From Polyangiaceae bacterium (lineage in GTDB: Bacteria; Myxococcota_A; Polyangia; Polyangiales; Polyangiaceae), in NCBI GenBank assembly GCA_041389725.1, contig JAWKRG010000003.1, positions 1,222,877 to 1,286,876 of the forward strand: a stretch of 64,000 nucleotides of DNA, in the 5' to 3' direction. Below, piece after piece: positions 1 to 8,842 of the stretch. Within the stretch, counting starts at the first letter, position 1; each line of letters starts with the position of its first letter. Both the position numbers and the translations under genes were made by a program. Under the pieces are notes generated by a model that saw nothing but the letters and a program-made list of their open reading frames with translations, was not told where the DNA came from and ran no database searches.

Positions 1-252
1 CTGCTGGATGCCTCCCCGAAGTCCAAGGTCGTGTTGGTCGTGGACTGCAGCCGGCCGACGATTCGCCCGACCGCAGTCGCTGCCCTCTCGGACGAACTCT
101 CCCATCGAGTCAGCGTCATTCTGTGGGGAGCAGACGAACGAGTCTACGAAGAGATCTTGAACGTGTCGCCGCGCGCGGAGCGATTTCTGATGTGCGCGGC
201 CACCGCCTCCCCGGACGCCGTCGCGGCTCGTTGTCGCGCCATCGTGGGCTGA
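1..252 (+). CDS. C-terminal fragment of an unidentified protein (gene continues upstream of window)
   Basis: Open frame runs from the window edge to TGA at 250-252; coding-like GC3; no recognisable motif. Confidence 0.4.
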   Translation: MLDASPKSKVVLVVDCSRPTIRPTAVAALSDELSHRVSVILWGADERVYEEILNVSPRAERFLMCAATASPDAVAARCRAIVG

Positions 253-270
253 GCTCGCGAGAATGCGCTG

Positions 271-2232
271 TCAGCTGGTGTAGCTGGTGTTCTCCAACAA
301 GATCACGTTCGTGCGCGAACGCGTCTCCCCGGCGCTGGTGACGTAGACGGCAGGCTTGTCCACGATCGGACAGACCTTCTCGCAAGCGCCACAGCCGATG
401 CACAGCGACGGATCGACCTGGGGCCGCTGTACCTTCACCTTGAGCATCTTGGCGTGCTCTCCCTCGGCTCCGTACTTGTCGTCACGCTTGGAGACCTCCC
501 ACTCGTCGGCCCAAATCGCCTTGGGGCTGGTGGGACAGAACTCCTCACACACGATGCACGGCGTGGCCATGGCCCAGGGCAGGCAGCGGCCTTGATCGTA
601 CATCGCGGTGCCGATGCTGACGGGTTTCTGCCCGAGACCCATCTTCTGCTTCTCGTCTATCTTCTGGATCGCCCCGGTAGGGCAGACCTGGCCGCAGAGC
701 ACACACGAGAACTCGCAGTAGCCGATGCGCGGAATCAGGATGGGCGTCCAGAGGCCCTCGAGTCCTGCCTCGAAAAATGCGGGGTGCAGCGCGTTGTTCG
801 GACACACCTTCATGCACTCCGCGCAGCGGATGCAGCGCTCGAGGAACTCGCGCTCCTCCACCGACCCCGGCGGCCGAATGACCTTCTCGTTGTAGGCACG
901 ATCGGGCCAGTTGGCGATGCGCATGGCCGGAATGGCCACCGCCCCAGCAGCGGTAGAGGCCAAGGCCGTTCGCCGCGTCAGATCGGGCTTGACGGTCTCG
1001 CTGCGTCGGTTGGGCAAGAAGCGAAACTTGATGACGTCCTCGGGGCAGGCCGTCTCACAGTTGAGGCACATGTGGCACTCGTCTTGGCGATGCTTGACGC
1101 CCCCTTGGGGACTGTCCGCGCCCTGGCAATGCACCAAGCACAAGTTGCAGTCGGTGCACTTGGCGTGATCCTTCTCCATCCCGAACAGGGAAAAGCGCGC
1201 GACCACGCCCAAGAACGCGCCCAGCGGGCAGAGCGCGCGACACCAGAAACGCGGGATGAAGCGATTGAGGAACAGAATCGCGACCAAGAAGAAGACGATG
1301 AACCACGTCTGGTGGAAGTACGCCTGGTTGGACGTCCACACGGAGCGCGCCAGGAAGTCCTGAGTCCCGTCACTGGCCGTCTGTAGCGCGCGGACGTTGC
1401 TGTCCGAGACGACCGCCGCGGAGTGCAATCCCGCGTATTGCAGCGCCGGCAGCACTCCGAGCCCGATGGCGCGAACGGCGACACAGATCGGATCCATCAG
1501 TCCACCAATGGCGCTTCCGAACAGCGCCGCGCCCAAGAAGCCGAGCATCAAGTAGTACTTGCCTGCCTGCCACCAATGCGTCTTGTTCGCTTCGACGCGG
1601 CTGTTGCCCTTCAAGTAGCGGCTCGGAAAGATCCAGCCGAAGAAGTGGTGAAGGGTCCCGAAGGGGCAAATCCAACCGCAGAACACCCGACCGAAGATCA
1701 ACGTCAGCGCGAGAATGCCCAGCGACCACGCGAGCCCGCGGTACACGGTGTGGGTCGAGAGCAGCGTCATGGCCGCGACGAAGGGATCGGCCAAGAGATA
1801 CGCCTCCACGGGCCAAGGGAGGCGGACGGCCTCACCGGCTTGCGCCGAGAAGGTGCCGCGGAAGGCCGTCTGGAACAGGAAGTAGAGGAACAAGGAGAGG
1901 AAGACGACTTGCGCGACGCGGCGCACCCACTTCAGCACGACGATCACGCGCCGGGCAGGAAGTCCCGACCCCGGTGGCTTGCGTTTCTTGGGACGGAAGC
2001 GCGACAGCCAGCTGGGCCCGCCGCGCTTTGGCTTGGCGGCCGGTGCGGCACTCGCGTGGGCCGGCGCAGCGCTCACTTGGACGGGCGCGGTGCTCGCGAC
2101 AGCTGCCGCGCCGTTGCTCAGGTCGACGGACGCATGCACGGACCGAGCATCCAGCGGCCGAACCGGCCCCATGGCTTCGAGCCAGGGAATGGGGGTCGGC
2201 AATTCGCTTGCGGGCGGTCGAAGCTCAGCCAT
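271..2232 (-). CDS. membrane-bound polyferredoxin, NapH/MauN/CcoG-like 4Fe-4S binding protein
   Basis: ATG at 2230-2232; N-terminal TM helices with the CGWICPFG motif; four CxxCxxCxxxCP ferredoxin motifs (CIRCAECMKVCP, CVLCGQVCP, CHMCLNCETACP, CIGCGACEKVCP). Confidence 0.8.
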   Translation of the reverse strand: MAELRPPASELPTPIPWLEAMGPVRPLDARSVHASVDLSNGAAAVASTAPVQVSAAPAHASAAPAAKPKRGGPSWLSRFRPKKRKPPGSGLPARRVIVVLKWVRRVAQVVFLSLFLYFLFQTAFRGTFSAQAGEAVRLPWPVEAYLLADPFVAAMTLLSTHTVYRGLAWSLGILALTLIFGRVFCGWICPFGTLHHFFGWIFPSRYLKGNSRVEANKTHWWQAGKYYLMLGFLGAALFGSAIGGLMDPICVAVRAIGLGVLPALQYAGLHSAAVVSDSNVRALQTASDGTQDFLARSVWTSNQAYFHQTWFIVFFLVAILFLNRFIPRFWCRALCPLGAFLGVVARFSLFGMEKDHAKCTDCNLCLVHCQGADSPQGGVKHRQDECHMCLNCETACPEDVIKFRFLPNRRSETVKPDLTRRTALASTAAGAVAIPAMRIANWPDRAYNEKVIRPPGSVEEREFLERCIRCAECMKVCPNNALHPAFFEAGLEGLWTPILIPRIGYCEFSCVLCGQVCPTGAIQKIDEKQKMGLGQKPVSIGTAMYDQGRCLPWAMATPCIVCEEFCPTSPKAIWADEWEVSKRDDKYGAEGEHAKMLKVKVQRPQVDPSLCIGCGACEKVCPIVDKPAVYVTSAGETRSRTNVILLENTSYTS

Positions 2233-2248
2233 CGAACACTCCCTGCCG

Positions 2249-3214
2249 TCATACCTCGACGGGCGCGAGCTGCTGCCAGTTCATGTTGCCAATCCCGCGG
2301 TCGTGACCCAGCTTCAGGTACTTCACGTTCTCGGGCTTCTCGCCAATGAGCGTGGAGCCGTAGGCGTCGATGGCGACTTCGTCGAGCCCCGCCACGACCT
2401 GGTGCATGTCCTTTGCGTCATCCACGTTGCCCCCTTGGGGACCGTTGCGCATCAGTACGCGGGTGGCGTCCATCACCGTGAGGGTGGGGCGCATGAAGGT
2501 CGCCAGGTCTGCAATCGATACGTTGATGTTCTGGTGCAAGCGGTTGCGGCGACCACCCAGTAGGCCGTACCAGTTCTTCATCGCCGCGGTGAACTTGCTC
2601 AAGTTGTGGTGCTTCGCCACGGGGACATTGATGACCTTGTCTGCATTGACCAACGGCGTATACACCGGCCACAAGTCCAGTACGTCTCCCCGCATGCGCA
2701 TCTCGCGGAAGCGATGCGCTGCGGGCAACACCACCGTTGCGCCAAGGGCGTAGGTGGCGCGCCAGATCCCCGAGCGTTGAAAGCACCGGTTCGGCTCGTT
2801 GCAGCTCGCGTCGGTCACCACGACTTCCTTGGCGCCCGCATCGAAGGCTAGGCGCACGACCTCCGCCACTACTGCGGGGTTGGTGTTGGCGGCGTGGACA
2901 GGCATGCGATCCCACCCGATGTTCGGCTTGATCGCGACGATGTCTCCGCGCGAGACGAACCGCTTCATGCCCCCAAGCGCCTCGATGGCCCTGCGGGTCA
3001 GCTCGGCCGCATCCTGACTGCTCTTGGCGATCGCGAGTTTCGGTTGGTCGTCCGCCGCTGAGCGAAAGTCGCGGACCTGCCGCTCGCCTTGTCCCTGGGC
3101 CAGCCCGAAGCCGCCAGCGTCGTACGCTAGACGCGCCGCGAGGGCGGAACCGCCAAGCACTGCGCCTGTTTTCAGGATGCGCTGGAGCGCTTCGCGACGG
3201 CTTGGATCGGTCAT
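2249..3214 (-). CDS. DUF362 domain protein with twin-arginine (Tat) signal peptide
   Basis: Start trimmed to ATG 3212-3214 (MTDPSRREALQRILKTGAVLGG, SRR-x-x-LQ Tat motif); DUF362 core; lies directly upstream of the polyferredoxin on the same strand. Confidence 0.7.
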   Translation of the reverse strand: MTDPSRREALQRILKTGAVLGGSALAARLAYDAGGFGLAQGQGERQVRDFRSAADDQPKLAIAKSSQDAAELTRRAIEALGGMKRFVSRGDIVAIKPNIGWDRMPVHAANTNPAVVAEVVRLAFDAGAKEVVVTDASCNEPNRCFQRSGIWRATYALGATVVLPAAHRFREMRMRGDVLDLWPVYTPLVNADKVINVPVAKHHNLSKFTAAMKNWYGLLGGRRNRLHQNINVSIADLATFMRPTLTVMDATRVLMRNGPQGGNVDDAKDMHQVVAGLDEVAIDAYGSTLIGEKPENVKYLKLGHDRGIGNMNWQQLAPVEV

Positions 3215-3516
3215 GTACCCTCTCTCTGAGCAATGAGTGAAATCTAACGTAACGTCAAGTATTGGCCAGTCTGCAGAAAACTGCTTTGATTTCAGCCTAT
3301 TGTGAGATGAGCCCGGACGGAGACGCGAGCCAGCGCCCACCATAGCGCCCGCAAGGCAGGGGCGACCACTTATCGAAGCGGGTTTTCCATTCCAAATGCT
3401 TCGGCCCCTTGAATGACCGGCCATCCGGCGCTAGCTTGCGCGCCCCCCTGGTCCCCCCTCGGGACCCTCAGCATTTTTCCGGTGGCCCATGGCCCCCCAA
3501 GCAAGAGCGAGCAGGC

Positions 3517-3724
3517 GATGAAAGACGGCATCCACCCCGAGTACAAACTCATCAACGTCACCTGTGCGTGCGGAAACACGTTTCAGACCCGCTCCACGGT
3601 CGGCGAAGATCTTCCCGTCGATGTCTGCGCGGCCTGCCACCCGTTCTACACGGGCAAGCAGCGTCTGATGGACAGCCAGGGTCGAATCGACCGCTTCCGC
3701 AAGAAGTACGGTCAAACCGCCTGA
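3517..3724 (+). CDS. rpmE: 50S ribosomal protein L31 (Zn-ribbon C+ form)
   Basis: [65 protein letters not shown], a full-length L31 with four Cys; ATG 3517, TGA 3722-3724. Confidence 0.9.
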
Positions 3725-3744
3725 GCCGTCGACTGGCGGCACTG

Positions 3745-4914
3745 ATGACGCCGCCCTCGCCGCGCTATAGTGTTCTCGTGTCCAATCAACCGCCGGTCCT
3801 GGGTCCCGATGGCGTCGCCCGTCCTTACATCGGGGGACAAGCCCTGATCGAAGGCGTGATGATGCGCTCTCCGCGGTCCTATGCCGCGGTGGTACGTCGT
3901 CGCACTGGTGCTCTCGTGGTTCGCGAGGAGGAAATGCTCGACCCGCGCACTGGCTTCCGCGGGTACCCCCTCGTGCGTGGAGTGATCACGCTGGTGGAAG
4001 CACTCAAGCTGGGCAGCCGCTGCCTGCGCTTCTCCGCGGAGCTCTACGAACAAGACTTGGACGCCGAGGAAAAGGAGAAGCAGGGCAAGGACGCTGCGAA
4101 GTCCACCGGGCCGAGCACGTTGGCGCTGCTCTCGCTGCCGATCATCGCCCTGGCCACGCAGACCGGAGACGAGCCCGCGTCGGGAACTGAAGAGCGCGGG
4201 AAGAAGTTCTTCACCTTCCTCTCCATTCTCTTCGCCCTCTTGCTGTTCGTTGCGTTGCCTCAGGCCTTCGCCGAAGGGACGAGTCGCGTGTTTGGCTTGG
4301 GCCTGGACGTGCGCAGCGTCGGCTTCCAAGTCCTGACCGGCATCGCCAAGCTGACGATCGTCGTAGGCTACATGCTCGTCATTCGCCGCTTGCCCGAGAT
4401 CTACCGCGTGTTTCAGTACCACGGGGCCGAGCACAAGGCGATTTACACCTATGAGTCTGGGGAAGAACTCACCCTGGCGAATGCTCGCGCCAAGACGACG
4501 CTTCACCCCCGCTGTGGCACGACCTTTCTCGTCATGGTCGCGCTGGTGTCGATCGTGGTGTTCAGCGCGGCCGGCCCGCTCTTGCCGCAGCTGGGCCTGG
4601 GCAAGCTGGCGGACAACGTCGCCTTCTTCCTGATCAAGCTGCCCTTCCTGCCGCTGATCGCCGCCATCACCTTCGAGATGCAGCGTTTCCTGGCCAAGCG
4701 TTCCGACGGGCCTTTGCGTTTCCTGCTGGCTCCCGGCTTCCTGGTGCAGAAGATCACGACCATCGAGCCCGAGGACGGACAGCTCGAAGTGGCCTTGGCA
4801 GCTCTGCGCGCGACCCTCCGGCGCGAATCCGGCGAGACGCCCCTGGCTGCGGACGGCGAAGCCACCTTCGACGGATTCGAAGCCCTCGCGTCGCACACGC
4901 CAGCGAGCGCGTGA
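3745..4914 (+). CDS. DUF1385 (YqhQ-like) membrane-associated protein
   Basis: GGQALIEGVMMRSP and YHGAEHKAIYTYE motifs; conserved rpmE-DUF1385-prfA neighbourhood; ATG 3745; the upstream 112 codons of the listed ORF overlap rpmE in another frame and were trimmed. Confidence 0.75.
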   Translation: MTPPSPRYSVLVSNQPPVLGPDGVARPYIGGQALIEGVMMRSPRSYAAVVRRRTGALVVREEEMLDPRTGFRGYPLVRGVITLVEALKLGSRCLRFSAELYEQDLDAEEKEKQGKDAAKSTGPSTLALLSLPIIALATQTGDEPASGTEERGKKFFTFLSILFALLLFVALPQAFAEGTSRVFGLGLDVRSVGFQVLTGIAKLTIVVGYMLVIRRLPEIYRVFQYHGAEHKAIYTYESGEELTLANARAKTTLHPRCGTTFLVMVALVSIVVFSAAGPLLPQLGLGKLADNVAFFLIKLPFLPLIAAITFEMQRFLAKRSDGPLRFLLAPGFLVQKITTIEPEDGQLEVALAALRATLRRESGETPLAADGEATFDGFEALASHTPASA

Positions 4915-4915
4915 C

Positions 4916-6001
4916 GTGATCCCCGAAGAAAAACTTGCCAAGATCGTACGGCGCCACGCGGAGGTGGAGCAGCTGCTCTGCGATCCCAAGGTGCTCACGG
5001 ATCCCGGGGCGCTGCGTACGCTGAATCAGGAGCGCTCGCAGCTGTCCCCGGTGGTGGAGGCCTTCGGCGAGTGGCAGCGGCTGGAGCGGCAGATCGAGGA
5101 AGACCGCGCTGCCCTCGACGATCCGGAACTGGGTGACTTGGCGCGCGAAGAGCTGCCGGAGCTGGAGGCAAAGAAGGAAGAGCTCACACGCTCGATTCAG
5201 TTGCTGCTGCTGCCACAGGATCCGAACGACGAGAAGAACACGATCCTGGAGATTCGTGCCGGCACCGGGGGCGAAGAGGCAGCACTTTTCGCCGCGGACC
5301 TCTTCCGCATGTACTGCCGCTTCGCGGAGCAGAAGGGTTGGCGAGTCGAGGTCATGTCCCAGAGCGACGCCTCAGCGGGTGGCTACAAGGAAGTCATCGC
5401 TCTGGTCAGCGGCAACCGCGTATTCTCGAGCCTGAAGTACGAGGGCGGCGTGCACCGCGTGCAGCGCGTCCCCACGACCGAGGCCCAAGGGCGGATCCAT
5501 ACCTCGACCGCAACCGTAGCCGTCCTGCCCGAGGCCGAAGACGTGGAGCTGGAGTTGGACGAGAAGGACTTGCGCTTCGACATCGCAGCCAGCGGTGGCC
5601 CCGGCGGACAAGGCGTCAACACGACGAATAGTGCCGTGCAGATAACGCATCTTCCCACGGGCATGATCGTCAAGTGCCAAGACGAGCGCAGTCAGCTGAA
5701 GAACAAGGGCAAGGCGTTGAAGATCCTGCGCAGTCGCCTGCTGCAGATCGAGCGACAGAAACAGGCAGACGCCATTCGCGACGAACGCCGCGGCATGGTC
5801 GGCGGTGGAGAGCGCTCGGAGAAGATCCGCACCTACAACTTCCCGCAGAATCGGCTGACCGATCACCGCATCGGGCTGACGTTGTACAAGTTGGATCGAG
5901 TCGTAGAAGGGGAGCTGGACGAGCTGCTGTCTGCGCTGGTAGCGTGGCACCAAGCAGAGGCTCTGGAAGCTTCGAAGAAAGAGGCGACGGGAACAGCGTG
6001 A
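4916..6001 (+). CDS. prfA: peptide chain release factor 1
   Basis: GGQ motif (SGGPGGQGVNTT); P-x-T tripeptide (RVPTTEAQGRIHTS); 361 aa; GTG start 4916, 2 nt after the DUF1385 stop. Confidence 0.9.
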   Translation: MIPEEKLAKIVRRHAEVEQLLCDPKVLTDPGALRTLNQERSQLSPVVEAFGEWQRLERQIEEDRAALDDPELGDLAREELPELEAKKEELTRSIQLLLLPQDPNDEKNTILEIRAGTGGEEAALFAADLFRMYCRFAEQKGWRVEVMSQSDASAGGYKEVIALVSGNRVFSSLKYEGGVHRVQRVPTTEAQGRIHTSTATVAVLPEAEDVELELDEKDLRFDIAASGGPGGQGVNTTNSAVQITHLPTGMIVKCQDERSQLKNKGKALKILRSRLLQIERQKQADAIRDERRGMVGGGERSEKIRTYNFPQNRLTDHRIGLTLYKLDRVVEGELDELLSALVAWHQAEALEASKKEATGTA

Positions 6002-6411
6002 CGAAGCAGAAGGCACCGGAGCACACGCTGGACCTGGATGGTCTGCTGTGCGCTCTGGTGCTGGCTCCTCGCACCTTCGCACGCAATCGCTTCTTCGAGC
6101 TCTACAAGCAGCCCAGTGCGCGCCGCGTGCGGCGCCGTGCGGCCCGGGTTCGCGGCATCATCCGACATCTGATGGCGGATGGTCGGCCCCAGGGAGAAAT
6201 CGTGGGCGAACAAGTCTTGGCTGATGGCCAAGTCTTGCTACGCTTGCGCGTTCCTGACCTTGCCTTCGAGCGCACGACGGCGCTGACTGCGTTGGAAGCG
6301 GCAACCTTGCGCTATGCAATTCATCGCGCAGGCAAGGGGCCTCTCGACCCAGTGGACAAAGAGCAGGTCGAACTCGCCCTCAGCCGCCTGGGCCCCAGCT
6401 TGGATTCCTAG
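5998..6411 (+). CDS. hypothetical small protein (about 137 aa), possibly translationally coupled to prfA
   Basis: GTG at 5998-6000 overlaps the prfA TGA (GTGA); moderate GC3; no recognisable domain; sits where prmC is expected. Confidence 0.3.
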   Translation: MTKQKAPEHTLDLDGLLCALVLAPRTFARNRFFELYKQPSARRVRRRAARVRGIIRHLMADGRPQGEIVGEQVLADGQVLLRLRVPDLAFERTTALTALEAATLRYAIHRAGKGPLDPVDKEQVELALSRLGPSLDS

Positions 6412-8432
6412 TCCGAGTTGGAAGGACCGCCGAGCGCCTGCTCCACCCGATCCCAGGCGTGGCGTTCGCTCTCGTCCAAGGCAGGATTGCGATCCCCGTG
6501 ATACGGCAGCCTGCGCGCGCGCGCACTCTGAGTGGGTGATACACGCAGGCTCGCGCTGCGAACCGTGCCGATACGCCCATCCGTGCCCAGGAACAACGCC
6601 GAGAGGTCGGGGCCCACGGCTCGACGAGGTGCCGAACGAACTTCGAGGTCGTTGCCGTCCCGCATCCGCGCCTGGAAGCCCGACAGCGTCTGCGCCACGG
6701 GGTCACTCCAGGGATCCGGCGCGCCGGGCATGCCCTTGGCAACGAACTCGGCGACCGTCGACTCGGGCAGCGTACCCTCCAAGCCCAGAGTGAGCCGCTG
6801 CCGACCGACTAGCTCTTCCGCAACGGCAAGAGGCATGTCCCCGGGAAGCGTGGCCACCAGCGAACTTTCGTCGACCACAGCGCGCGGGGGCGCGGCTACC
6901 GCTCGCGTGCGTTGCGGCGCTTCTCGAGGTAGCAATGCACCTGGATTGAGGATTCCACTCGGATCCCAGGCCTGCATCAAGCGACGGACGACTTCCACGC
7001 CGTGACCCAGCTCCGCACCGAGCTTCGGCGCCTTGCTGCGACCGACGCCATGGTGGTGACTGAGCGTACCTCCGGCCGCGATCGCGGCGTCGAGGGCGGC
7101 ACGCCACGCCGCGTCGTACTTGTCCAGGGCGTCGCGGTCGTCCTTGCCGATGCCGGAGAACGTGAAGTAGATGCTGCAACCGTCGGGATAGGCGTGAGAC
7201 AGATGCGCCATCACCAACACGTGCTTTCCGAGCGCGTCCCGCACGCCATCGTAGAGCGCTTGCAGTCGCGACCACGGCGCAGCGACCTCCATGGTGTCGC
7301 TGAAAGCACCCGCGCGAAACACCGGCGACTGGCGATAGCTCACACCATAGCGGTGCTGGTACCAGCGTCGAGCTGGTGCTTCCCCCAAGTCCTTCGCCCC
7401 GGCTTGAAGACAGAGCCGAGTCGCCCGCGCCGCGTCCTCCAGCACGTGCTCCTGCTCGCCCTCGAACACGAACACCAGGGTCGCGCTAGGCAGCAGGTTT
7501 CCCTCTGCCGCCTGAATCGCAAAATTGAGCACACGCGGAGCACGGAGCGCGCGCTTGAGCACGCCCATCAAGCGCTCGGTTTGACTCGGCCCGTGGCGCT
7601 GTTCGGCGGCACCACTCATGGTGTCCTTGACCGTTCCTTGCCGCATCAGCGCTGAGTCGATGGGATCGTAGAGGCGGGCTACGGAAGGACGCAGCCCCGC
7701 CTGAAAGACGACTCGCATCGCTTCCCAGCCCGAGGTGATGTCCGGAAAGGAAAACGCGCAGAAGGCTCGACTCTTCGGCAGCGCATGCAATCTGAGCCGC
7801 GCCCGCGTGATGATGCCGAGCGTTCCCTCGCTGCCGACGATGAAGGGCACCATGTTCGGTCCGTCGAAGCGACGGCGGAAGACCGCCAGTTCGCCCGTGC
7901 CCAGTACGCACTCGACGGACTCGACCATGTCCTCGATCTTGCCGTAGAGCCCCGAACACTGGCCCGCACCTCGAGCCGCGATCCAGCCGCCCACGGTCGA
8001 ACACAAGATGCTCGAGGGGAAGTGACCGATGGTGAACCCATGACGATTCACGTCTTCTTCCAAGGTGATGCCGATGGCACCAGCGCCCACGTCGAGTAGA
8101 GGAGCGTCGCGGTCGATGCGAAAGCCGGCCAACTCCTTGACGTCGACGACGATGCTCCGAGCGTCGGGATAGACGGCGCCACACACGCCGCTACCCGCAC
8201 CGTAGGGAACTAGCGGAGTCCCTTCGGCCCGGGCGAACTCCACGAGGCGGACCAGCGACTCCAAGGTGCGAGGCCACGCCACGCACGCAGGCTGACGATC
8301 GACCCGGCCCGCGCGGGTCTCGATCAGTCGGCGAGGCCAGAGGTCGCGCGCGTAGGACACACGATCCGGCACGCTGGCGCTCACCCTCAAACCTGGGACC
8401 GCCTCGGTCAATGCTCGGGCAAAATCCACCAT
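6408..8432 (-). CDS. FAD-linked oxidase (GlcD/D-lactate dehydrogenase/AGPS-like) with C-terminal extension
   Basis: FAD-binding PCMH domain (VPYGAGSG, GSEGTLGIITRARLRLHALP); SHHHGVG catalytic signature; start set at MVDFARAL; the C-terminal ~220 aa hold a second, partial FAD-binding-like segment (GPDLSALFLGTDGRIGTV). Confidence 0.8.
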   Translation of the reverse strand: MVDFARALTEAVPGLRVSASVPDRVSYARDLWPRRLIETRAGRVDRQPACVAWPRTLESLVRLVEFARAEGTPLVPYGAGSGVCGAVYPDARSIVVDVKELAGFRIDRDAPLLDVGAGAIGITLEEDVNRHGFTIGHFPSSILCSTVGGWIAARGAGQCSGLYGKIEDMVESVECVLGTGELAVFRRRFDGPNMVPFIVGSEGTLGIITRARLRLHALPKSRAFCAFSFPDITSGWEAMRVVFQAGLRPSVARLYDPIDSALMRQGTVKDTMSGAAEQRHGPSQTERLMGVLKRALRAPRVLNFAIQAAEGNLLPSATLVFVFEGEQEHVLEDAARATRLCLQAGAKDLGEAPARRWYQHRYGVSYRQSPVFRAGAFSDTMEVAAPWSRLQALYDGVRDALGKHVLVMAHLSHAYPDGCSIYFTFSGIGKDDRDALDKYDAAWRAALDAAIAAGGTLSHHHGVGRSKAPKLGAELGHGVEVVRRLMQAWDPSGILNPGALLPREAPQRTRAVAAPPRAVVDESSLVATLPGDMPLAVAEELVGRQRLTLGLEGTLPESTVAEFVAKGMPGAPDPWSDPVAQTLSGFQARMRDGNDLEVRSAPRRAVGPDLSALFLGTDGRIGTVRSASLRVSPTQSARARRLPYHGDRNPALDESERHAWDRVEQALGGPSNSD

Positions 8433-8473
8433 CGGGGTTGTAGCCAACGCGGCGCGGGGCGTATACCAGTGCC

Positions 8474-8839
8474 GTGAAGTTCCTTCCGAAAGGCGCGCTT
8501 TGGGCGCTCTTGCTCGCTGCGTGCGGTGGCGGCCAGGGCGGCGGCGCAGGCAGCCAGGTCGGCGGAACCGACCGCCCGGAAAACGGCGGCGAAACCGCTG
8601 AGGCGGGCGGGGATTCGCACGCGGAAGCACCCACCCCGGCGTGCAACGACGAAGGCTGTTTCCCTTGCGGCGAGGGCCTGTGCCCGAAGGGCTTCTACTG
8701 CGATCAACAGGCACCCGGCGGCCCTGCATGCAGTTGGCTACCGGAGTGCGCGGCCGAGCCTACGTGCGCCTGCTTGAGCAAGAGCCTGGGATCGGAGTGC
8801 AGCTGCAGCGAGAAGAGTTCGGGCGTCTACTGCGAGTGA
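8474..8839 (+). CDS. small Cys-rich secreted lipoprotein
   Basis: GTG start; signal peptide and lipobox (ALWALLLAACGGG); 14 Cys in 121 aa; very high GC3. Confidence 0.55.
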   Translation: MKFLPKGALWALLLAACGGGQGGGAGSQVGGTDRPENGGETAEAGGDSHAEAPTPACNDEGCFPCGEGLCPKGFYCDQQAPGGPACSWLPECAAEPTCACLSKSLGSECSCSEKSSGVYCE

Positions 8840-8842
8840 GAC

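Noticed and set aside
454-2349. Long plus-strand ORFs (454-1386, 1423-2349)
   Set aside because: Antisense to the well-supported polyferredoxin gene. Arg/Ala/Gly/Pro-rich junk translation of the kind expected in high-GC DNA.
3409-3744. Upstream 112 codons of the 3409-4914 ORF
   Set aside because: Overlaps rpmE in another frame. The DUF1385 gene is started at ATG 3745.
8433-8729. N-terminal extension of the FAD-oxidase ORF
   Set aside because: Arg-rich. It overlaps the well-formed small lipoprotein gene on the other strand. The oxidase is started at MVDFARAL.
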